Assembly: GCF_000007145.1 (NCBI RefSeq)
Contig: NC_003902.1
Span: 3,596,497-3,628,496 of the forward strand
From: Xanthomonas campestris pv. campestris str. ATCC 33913
Lineage (GTDB): Bacteria; Pseudomonadota; Gammaproteobacteria; Xanthomonadales; Xanthomonadaceae
DNA: 32,000 nucleotides
Direction: 5' to 3'
Under the pieces are notes generated by a model, which made no database searches, was not told the DNA's origin, and worked only from the letters and a program-made list of their open reading frames with translations. Position 1 is the stretch's first letter. Every line of letters begins with the position of its first letter. This document shows positions 8,679 to 15,942 of this stretch, piece by piece. A program made the position numbers and the translations under genes.

Positions 8679-9749
8679 AGTGGTTCCGTGCAATGCCTGC
8701 CTTCGCAGCCGCGAAGGCGGTATGGCGCGTGTGCGGCCAGGCGCCGCACACATCGACCGCGCCCAGTGTTGGGTTCTCATCGGCGCATGCCCTGCCGCAG
8801 GGCGAAGCGGTGTCCGGAAAGTCGAGGAGATCGGAGCATTGAGGTGCGCCACGTGCTGGAAGTGGCTACTCGGCGGTCACCTGCTATTGGGAGAGGTTGG
8901 CCGGCGCAGCGGCTACTGCGCGGCGGGACGATGGGCGCTGTGTCTGCTCCGCTGGCAACAACCCCGCGCGGTGTGGATTGCGGTCTTCGCCGCTGCGGCG
9001 GCGTGCAGGCAAGCAGGCTCTTGCGCTGCGCGATGTGCTGCCGCCGGGCGTGGCGCAGCTGTTGTTCGTGGAGCGAACAAGCCGGGAAGGCTGCGTCGGG
9101 CTCGCTAGCATCGCGGTGCGTGTGGCGTTGACGCTGCGCCGCGGCAACGGCGCTGCACGTGCACTAAAGCGGAGCTGCGGGGCTCGCTGATGCGGAGTCG
9201 CCCCCACATGTAACGCGCCAACTGCAACCGTCCCGAACTGCGGCTGCCCTGAACTACGAATGCAGGTTCAACTGCAAACTGCAACCGCACCTGCATCTGC
9301 ACCTGCAGAGCGAGGCGCAACACGCAAGGCAAGCGATGCCCACGATTGCTACTGACGGCCTACGCGATCACCGCTTTGCCGCTGCCTCATCGCATCACGG
9401 TGGGTCAACAGCCCAGGCTGTGCCACAGCCACGCAAAGCAGTGCCGAGTGCCCGCGCCGGCATCGGCCTCTGCGCGCATCAGCACGCCACGATGACCACG
9501 CGACGCGTGCACAGGCTGCTTGCCGCCGCACGCGCTGCCAGCAGCCACGCAAAGACCTCCACGCGTGTCGCATCGCGTTAATCGAGCGCTGTGTACTATG
9601 GGTGTCCGGCGAACCGGACCGCCCCGCGGTCCTGTTCCCCTCGCTCCGGACTCCAGCAAACAGGTTGCATGCCCGCAGGCGATGCCCGGCGCAGTGCCGT
9701 TGGCTGGCTGCAACTCGCCGTCTCCCGGACACTCTCACAACGGATTGGA

Positions 9750-11447
9750 ATGCATCACGACACCAGCCTCATCGACATCATCGCCGTCGGCCTCGCGGTC
9801 GCCTTCGTGCTGGGCACGCTCGCACAAAAGGTCAAGCTGTCGCCGCTGGTTGGCTATTTATTGGCCGGCGTATGCGTCGGGCCATTTACGCCGGGCTTCG
9901 TGGCCGATCAGACCATGGCCAACCAGCTCTCCGAGCTGGGCGTGATGCTGCTGATGTTCGGGGTGGGTCTGCACTTCTCGCTCGACGACCTGATGGAAGT
10001 GAAGTGGATCGCAGTGCCCGGTGCGCTGGCGCAGATCGTGGTGGCCACGCTGCTGGGTTGGGCGCTGGCATGGAGCATGGGCTGGCCGTTGATGCAGGGG
10101 CTGGTGTTTGGCCTGGCCTTGTCGGTGGCGAGCACCGTGGTCCTGCTGCGTGCGCTGGAAGAACGCCGCCTGCTGGAAACCCAGCGCGGCCGGATCGCGG
10201 TGGGCTGGTTGATTGTCGAAGACCTGGTGATGGTGATCGCGTTGGTGCTGTTGCCGGCGCTGGCCAATGTGCTCGGCGGCAGCGCCGGCGCTGCCGAACA
10301 TGCCGGCGAGTCGACCTCGCTACTGGCCGCACTGGGCTGGACGCTGCTGAAGATGGTGGCCTTCGTCGCGGTGATGCTGGTGGTTGGGCGCCGGGTGATC
10401 CAATGGTCGCTGGAAAAGGTCGCCGCCACCGGCTCGCGCGAGTTGTTCACCCTGGCCGTGCTCGGCATTGCGCTGGGAGTGGCGTTCGGGTCGGCGAAGT
10501 TGTTCGGCGTGTCGTTCGCGCTGGGGGCGTTCTTCGCCGGCATGTTGCTCAAGGAGTCCGAGCTCAGCCACAAGGCGGCCAGCGATTCGCTGCCGCTGCG
10601 TGATGCATTCGCGGTGCTGTTCTTCGTGTCGGTGGGCATGTTGTTCGACCCAATGATCCTGATCGCCCATCCCTGGCAGGTGCTGGCCACCTTCCTGACC
10701 GTGACCGTGGGCAAGTCGCTGGCGGCGTTCGTGATCGTGCGTGCCTTCGGCCACCCCACCGGCACCGCGCTCACCATTTCCACCAGCCTGGCGCAGATCG
10801 GCGAATTTTCTTTCATCCTGGCCGGGCTCGGCGTGCAGTTGGCGATCCTGCCTGAAACCGGGCGCGACCTGATCCTGGCCGGGGCGTTGCTGTCGATCGT
10901 GGCTAACCCATTCCTGTTCTCGTGGCTGGACCGTTGGCAGGCCAAGCAGGCGCAGGACGCCCCGGCGACGGTGGAGCCGGAACTGCCGCCCGGCCCGCCG
11001 CTGCAACTGGACGGCCACGCCATCGTGATCGGCTACGGCCGCGTAGGCAGCGCGCTGGCGCAACTGCTGCGTAGCCGCGGCGTCCCGGTGCTGGTGATCG
11101 ACGACAACGGCGACCATGTCGCCAAAGCACACGCGGCGGGCATTCCCGGTATCCGCGGCAGCGCCGCGGCCGACCGCGTGCTGGCCGAAGCGCGCCCGGA
11201 GCAGGCCAAGATTGCGATCCTGGCCATTCCGCAGCCGCTGGAAGCCGGTGAAGCGCTGGCCAAGCTGCGCGCACTCAACCCGTCACTGACCTTGCTGGCC
11301 CGCGCACACAGCGATGCAGAAGTGAAGCACCTGCTCGAACACGGCGCCGACGGCGCCGTGCTGGCCGAACGCGAGCTGGCGTACTCGCTGGCCGAGATGG
11401 TGATGTCCACCCCGCCGTATCGCGCATTGCGTGTGCCGGCGTCGTAA
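9750..11447 (+). CDS. ybaL: CPA2-family monovalent cation:proton antiporter with C-terminal TrkA-N/RCK domain (YbaL/KefB-like K+ efflux protein)
   Basis: ORF 9591..11447. The start is placed at ATG 9750 (MHHDTSLIDIIAVGLAVAFVLG...). Many hydrophobic helices of Na+/H+-exchanger type are followed by the Rossmann motif HAIVIGYGRVGSALAQLLRSRGVPVLVIDDN. The upstream part of the ORF is Arg/Pro-rich and not protein-like. Confidence 0.85.
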   Translation: MHHDTSLIDIIAVGLAVAFVLGTLAQKVKLSPLVGYLLAGVCVGPFTPGFVADQTMANQLSELGVMLLMFGVGLHFSLDDLMEVKWIAVPGALAQIVVATLLGWALAWSMGWPLMQGLVFGLALSVASTVVLLRALEERRLLETQRGRIAVGWLIVEDLVMVIALVLLPALANVLGGSAGAAEHAGESTSLLAALGWTLLKMVAFVAVMLVVGRRVIQWSLEKVAATGSRELFTLAVLGIALGVAFGSAKLFGVSFALGAFFAGMLLKESELSHKAASDSLPLRDAFAVLFFVSVGMLFDPMILIAHPWQVLATFLTVTVGKSLAAFVIVRAFGHPTGTALTISTSLAQIGEFSFILAGLGVQLAILPETGRDLILAGALLSIVANPFLFSWLDRWQAKQAQDAPATVEPELPPGPPLQLDGHAIVIGYGRVGSALAQLLRSRGVPVLVIDDNGDHVAKAHAAGIPGIRGSAAADRVLAEARPEQAKIAILAIPQPLEAGEALAKLRALNPSLTLLARAHSDAEVKHLLEHGADGAVLAERELAYSLAEMVMSTPPYRALRVPAS

Positions 11448-11476
11448 TTGGCGACAACACATCGCCTTTCAAAAAG

Positions 11477-11510
11477 ACGCCCGCCAACACGCACTGTATG
11501 CGGGCGTTTT
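11477..11510 (+). terminator. Stem-loop with flanking A- and T-tracts after the antiporter gene
   Basis: Stem acgcccgc (11477-11484) / gcgggcgt (11500-11507) with a 15-nt loop, preceded by aaaaag and followed by ttt. It starts 30 nt after the TAA stop. Confidence 0.5.
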
Positions 11511-11580
11511 GCCGTGCAAGTTCCACTGCGCCGCCATGCGAAAATGCGACTCGCGATCCAGAAAAACACCCTTCAACACA

Positions 11581-11602
11581 CTTGATAATCATTCCCATCA
11601 AG
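11581..11602 (+). promoter_or_regulatory. Fur-box-like palindrome upstream of the siderophore operon
   Basis: The sequence is cttgataatcattcccatcaag. GATAATCATTCCC matches 11 of 13 positions of the 3' part of the classical Fur consensus GATAATGATAATCATTATC. In 7-1-7 form, TGATAAT-C-ATTCCCA matches 12 of 14. The outer arms cttgat/atcaag are perfectly inverted. It lies 38 nt upstream of ATG 11640 and contains a -10-like GATAAT. Confidence 0.6.
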
Positions 11603-11639
11603 CGCAGGATGAGCGCCCGTTCCCCTGGCGGCCTCATCC

Positions 11640-12401
11640 ATGTCACTGCGTGTTGGCGTTCTGAATGCACTGCCGAGCGTGCAGCTGTGCGAACTGCTGG
11701 GCCGGATCGGCTACGGGTTTGTGGTGCTGGACCTGGAACATATGCTGCGCGCGCCGGACGAACTGGAACACGCCATCCGCGCCTGCGAGCTGTCCGGCTG
11801 CGAGGCCTGGGTGCGGGTGCCGGAGGTGGACGAGAAACTGATCGGCCGCGTGCTGGACGCCGGCGCGCGTGGCATCGTGGTTCCGCGCGCCGAATCGGCT
11901 GCGCAGATCGCTAGTGCGATTGCCGCGGCACGCTTTCCGCCGCTGGGCCGGCGCGGCATCACCGGGGGCCGCGTCACCGGCTTCGGCAACGTCGATCTGC
12001 CCACCTATATCGCGCAGGCCAACCGCGACATCCGCATTGTGCCGATGATCGAAAGCGCGGCCGGCATTGCGGCGTTGCCGCAGATTCTGGCCGTGCCCGG
12101 CGTGACCCTGGTGATGGAAGGCGCGCTCGATCTTGCGCTGGATCTGGGCCTTGGGCCACAGCCCACGCATCCACAGGTGTGGGCCTTGCTGCTGCAAATG
12201 GACGCGCAATGCCGCAGCGCTGCGGTTCCGTTCTGCCCCAACCCGCGCACTGACGCGCAACGCGCACACTGGTTGCAGCAACCGGATCCGCGCTGGCTGC
12301 TTGCCGGCGAAGACCGTGCCCTGATCCAACGCGCATTGCGCGGCCAGTTGGCCACCTTTGCCGCACCCCTTTCATCACCCGCCTGCAGGAGCACGCCGTA
12401 G
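11640..12401 (+). CDS. mhpE: HpcH/HpaI aldolase / citrate-lyase-beta-like family protein, first gene of the siderophore operon (annotated mhpE in Xanthomonas xss clusters)
   Basis: ORF 11640..12401. Family-typical blocks are GYGFVVLDLEH, AWVRVPEVD, ARGIVVPRAES and VPMIESAAGI. The stop TAG (12399-12401) directly abuts the ATG of the receptor gene. Confidence 0.75.
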   Translation: MSLRVGVLNALPSVQLCELLGRIGYGFVVLDLEHMLRAPDELEHAIRACELSGCEAWVRVPEVDEKLIGRVLDAGARGIVVPRAESAAQIASAIAAARFPPLGRRGITGGRVTGFGNVDLPTYIAQANRDIRIVPMIESAAGIAALPQILAVPGVTLVMEGALDLALDLGLGPQPTHPQVWALLLQMDAQCRSAAVPFCPNPRTDAQRAHWLQQPDPRWLLAGEDRALIQRALRGQLATFAAPLSSPACRSTP

Positions 12402-14531
12402 ATGCCGACGTTCCGTTTCCACGCCCTGGCCATTGCCATCGCCGCCACCACCTTGAGCGCTGCACCGCTGGCGCGGGCCGGCGAGACCGACGGCACTGCG
12501 GTAGAGACCGATACTTCGATTCGCGCGCTTGATGCGGTGCAGGTGCAAGGCAGCCTGCTGGGCCGCTCCAAGCCCGAAGACGTGCAGCGCTACGCCGGCA
12601 GCCGCCAGGTGATCGACCGCGAACAACTGCGCAATGGCGGCAATCGCTCATTGGACGATGCCCTGCAGCGCGTGCCCGGCATCAAGATCTTCGATGAAAC
12701 CGGCACCGGCGCCCTGCCGCAACTCATGCTGCGCGGCCTGTACGAGAGCCGCAGCGGGCGCGTGCAGGTGCTGGAAGACGGCATTCCGCTCGCACTGGCG
12801 CCGTACGGGCAAACCAGCCTGTCGCTGTTCCCGGTCGGCTTGAACCAGATCGACCGCATCGACATCGTGCGCGGCGGCGCGGCCGTGCAATACGGGCCCA
12901 ACAACGTGGGCGGCGTGATCAACCTGGTCAGCAAGGAGATTCCCAGCGACTGGACCACCACCCTGGCGCACAAGATCACCGCCGGTGGCCAGGGCCAGTT
13001 CCTGCAGGACAGTGCGCTGAGCAGCGGTGGCTACGTCACCGACAACGTTGGCCTGCAGGTGGATGCCAACCGCACCTACGGCGAGTACTGGCGCGCGCAC
13101 AGCGACACCGACATCAGCAATCTGCGCGTGCGTGCGGAGTGGTGGATCGACGACACCAAGCTGCTCAAGGCCAGCGTGCAGCGGTATCTGGTGGACATGG
13201 ATCTGGCCGGTGCACTGAGCCCGGAGGATTACCGCCGCGATCCACGCCAATCCACTCGGCCGCTGGACAGTTTCAACGGCCGCACCACGCGTGCATCGTT
13301 GAGCTACGAGCAGGTGGTTGGTGACTGGGGCCCGCTGCAGGACGTGCGGCTGTCATGGACCAACTTCAGCGCGCGCAGCAGCCGCAACTTCATTGTCGGC
13401 ATGCGCCAGGCTGCCACCGAAACCTGGCGTTCGGATCTGCCACCGCAACTGCGCCAGACGGCGCCACGGGATTTTCGTGTGGTTGGCAGTGAGCCGCGCC
13501 TGACCTGGCGCATGGGCGATGTCGGCGGCGTGCAGCAACAATGGACCGCCGGCGTACGTGCGGTGCATGAAGACATCGATTTTCTGGTCGGCAATCTGCG
13601 CCTGCGCGATGGCCTGTTCACCAGCGTGCGCGATTGGCAGTTCGAAGACCGTGCGTTGGCGGCCTATGTCAGCAACGCCATCACGCTGCCGGATGCACGC
13701 CTGACCATCACCCCGGGCCTACGCTATGAGCGGCTGGATTCGCGCTATTTCAACCGCACCACCGGCGTGAGTACGCTCAACCAGACCCGCGATGTGCTGC
13801 CGGGCCTGACGGTTGGCTTCCAGGCCAACGACCAGTGGTTTGTGTATGCGGATGGGCAACGCTCGATGCGCGCGCCGCAGGTGACCCAGATCATCTTTGG
13901 CAACAATCTGGACGCGGAGCTGGCCTGGAATTACGAGCTCGGTACACGCTATCAACCCAATGAGCGCACCCGCATCCAGGTGGGCGCCTACCTCATTGAT
14001 TTTGATCAGCAGATCCAGCTGGACAACACCACGCGGGTGTTCCGCAACCTCGGCAAGACACGCCATCAAGGCGGCGAGCTGGAACTGCAATGGAGCCCGG
14101 AACAACTGCGTGCACTGACCCTCAACGCCGGCTACGCGTATCTGGATGCACGGCAGGAATCGGGTGCGTTCGATGGCCTGCGCGTGCCTTACACCTCGCG
14201 CAACCAGATCACCTTGGGCGGCACCTACGCGCTCGGTCACACCACTGTCGCGCTGTCGAGTTACTACTTCAGCAAGGCCTATAGCGATGCCGCCAACACG
14301 GTGCAGGAAAATGCCATTGCCTCGGTTGGCGAACTGCCGTCGTACTGGGTGTGGAATACGCAAGTGAGCCACACCTTGCTGGAACGCGGCGGGCAGAAGC
14401 TGAGCGCATCATTGGCGATCAACAACCTGTTCGACCGGCAGTACTGGTTCCGCGGCGTGGATACCAGCCCCTGGGGCCGCCAGGCCGCGCCCGGGCGCAC
14501 CGTGACTGCAGGACTCGAATACACGTTCTGA
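12402..14531 (+). CDS. xsuA: TonB-dependent ferric-siderophore receptor (vibrioferrin/xanthoferrin receptor type)
   Basis: ORF 12402..14531. Signal peptide MPTFRFHALAIAIAATTLSAAPLARA. TonB-box-like LDAVQVQG. Plug motif IDRIDIVRGGAAVQYGPNNVGGVINLVSK. The C-terminus is ...TVTAGLEYTF. Its position inside the siderophore cluster supports the call. Confidence 0.88.
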   Translation: MPTFRFHALAIAIAATTLSAAPLARAGETDGTAVETDTSIRALDAVQVQGSLLGRSKPEDVQRYAGSRQVIDREQLRNGGNRSLDDALQRVPGIKIFDETGTGALPQLMLRGLYESRSGRVQVLEDGIPLALAPYGQTSLSLFPVGLNQIDRIDIVRGGAAVQYGPNNVGGVINLVSKEIPSDWTTTLAHKITAGGQGQFLQDSALSSGGYVTDNVGLQVDANRTYGEYWRAHSDTDISNLRVRAEWWIDDTKLLKASVQRYLVDMDLAGALSPEDYRRDPRQSTRPLDSFNGRTTRASLSYEQVVGDWGPLQDVRLSWTNFSARSSRNFIVGMRQAATETWRSDLPPQLRQTAPRDFRVVGSEPRLTWRMGDVGGVQQQWTAGVRAVHEDIDFLVGNLRLRDGLFTSVRDWQFEDRALAAYVSNAITLPDARLTITPGLRYERLDSRYFNRTTGVSTLNQTRDVLPGLTVGFQANDQWFVYADGQRSMRAPQVTQIIFGNNLDAELAWNYELGTRYQPNERTRIQVGAYLIDFDQQIQLDNTTRVFRNLGKTRHQGGELELQWSPEQLRALTLNAGYAYLDARQESGAFDGLRVPYTSRNQITLGGTYALGHTTVALSSYYFSKAYSDAANTVQENAIASVGELPSYWVWNTQVSHTLLERGGQKLSASLAINNLFDRQYWFRGVDTSPWGRQAAPGRTVTAGLEYTF

Positions 14532-14715
14532 GTTGCGCCACGCGGCAGCCGCATCACGCTGCCGCACTACCGAAGACAGTGCGCATGAAGCGCACTTCGC
14601 GCCGCGCTGCGGCGATGCGACCTGCTGCGTCGTAGGCCACCCCGTGTCGCGTGTGCGATGCCAGGCAGCCCGCTCTACACCGGTTGACCCACCGTCCTGT
14701 CGAACGAGAGCTGCC

Positions 14716-15942
14716 ATGAACGCAACGCCCGATGCACCGCTGGTGATCCTGACCCACGTCTGCCACCCGGCAATCACCGATGGCTTCCTGCCTGCAGCAC
14801 ACGCGCAGGGTCTGCCGGTGTGGCTGCTGACCGACCATCGCCTGGAGCATCTTGCGCACTTCAACGCGCATCCGGCACACGCGCCGCAGCGGGTGATCGC
14901 CTGCGATGTGTTCAATCCGCTGGGCGTGCTGGACGTGCTGCACGACGCCGGCGTGCACCCACGCGCGGTGTTCAGCAACAGCGATCACCTGCAGACCAGC
15001 ACCGCGCTGGTGGCTGCCGGCCTGGGGCTGCCCGGCAAGGACTGGCAGGTGTGCTACGCCGCCAAGAACAAGGCGGCGATGCGCCAGCGCCTGCAGGCGC
15101 GTGGGATGCCATCGCCCTGGTTTTGCACGCTGGCGCCGGGCGCGGCCTTGCCTGCGCAGATCCCGTGGCCGGTGGTGGCCAAACCGCGCGAGGGCGTGGC
15201 CAGCCTGGATGTGCGCCAGTGCGCCGATGCCGCGCAATTGCAGGCGTATCTGGACGATGTGTGGCAACGCCACCCGCAACGCACGGTGTTGCTGGAAGGC
15301 TTGCTGGAAGGTGACCTTTTCACGCTGGAAACGCTGGGCGACGGGCAGCACCTGCAGGCCATCGGCGGGTTCAAGGTGCGGCTGTCGCCGCCACCGCATT
15401 TTGTCGAATGCGAGGCGCAATGGGACGCGCAGGTGGACACGCCGGTGATCGCGCAGGCGTTGGCGCAATTGCGGGCGTTCGGCGTGGGCTTCGGGCTATG
15501 CCATAGCGAATTCATCCTCACCCGCGACGGGCCGGTGCTGGTGGAGATCAACTACCGCAGCATCGGCGACCGGCGCGAATTCCTGCTCGATGCAATGTTC
15601 GGCCAGCAGTGGTTTGCCGCCGCGCTGGCACCGCACCTGGGCCAGCCGCTGCCACTGCTGCACAGCGAGCGCACGCACGCCTTGCTGCGCTATTACGTGG
15701 CCGAACATGCCGGCGAGCTGGTCAGTGCCAGCGACGACCGCAACCATCGCAGCGCGCACAGCGATGTGCAGTACCGCCGCATGCGCGTGCCCGGCGAGCA
15801 GATCCGGCTCAGCCATTCCAACAAGGATTACCTCGGCGTGCTGAGCGCACTGGCGCGCGATGCCGATGCATTGCAGCAGGCCGTGCACCAGGCCGAAGCC
15901 GGCCTGCAGTGGCGGATCGACCCACCGGAGCTGCGCGCATGA
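14716..15942 (+). CDS. xssA: ATP-grasp amide ligase (PvsA/XssA-like)
   Basis: ORF 14533..15942. The start is placed at ATG 14716 (GAGAG at 14706-14710); the upstream part is Arg/Cys-rich junk. ATP-grasp-type blocks are WPVVAKPREGVASLDV and CHSEFILTRDGPVLVEINYR. The stop overlaps the next start (ATGA). Confidence 0.8.
   Translation: MNATPDAPLVILTHVCHPAITDGFLPAAHAQGLPVWLLTDHRLEHLAHFNAHPAHAPQRVIACDVFNPLGVLDVLHDAGVHPRAVFSNSDHLQTSTALVAAGLGLPGKDWQVCYAAKNKAAMRQRLQARGMPSPWFCTLAPGAALPAQIPWPVVAKPREGVASLDVRQCADAAQLQAYLDDVWQRHPQRTVLLEGLLEGDLFTLETLGDGQHLQAIGGFKVRLSPPPHFVECEAQWDAQVDTPVIAQALAQLRAFGVGFGLCHSEFILTRDGPVLVEINYRSIGDRREFLLDAMFGQQWFAAALAPHLGQPLPLLHSERTHALLRYYVAEHAGELVSASDDRNHRSAHSDVQYRRMRVPGEQIRLSHSNKDYLGVLSALARDADALQQAVHQAEAGLQWRIDPPELRA

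Noticed and set aside
8853-9590. ORFs in the gene-free region considered as real genes: 8897..9190(+) 97 aa, 8884..9207(-) 107 aa, 9105..9332(-) 75 aa, 9336..9581(+) 81 aa, 9349..9738(-) 129 aa.
   Set aside because: None has a properly spaced ribosome-binding site or a recognisable motif. The sequences are Arg/Ala-rich, and the codon third-position G+C I counted (about 67-74 percent) is below that of the confident genes. Their overlapping arrangement is typical of noise in GC-rich DNA.
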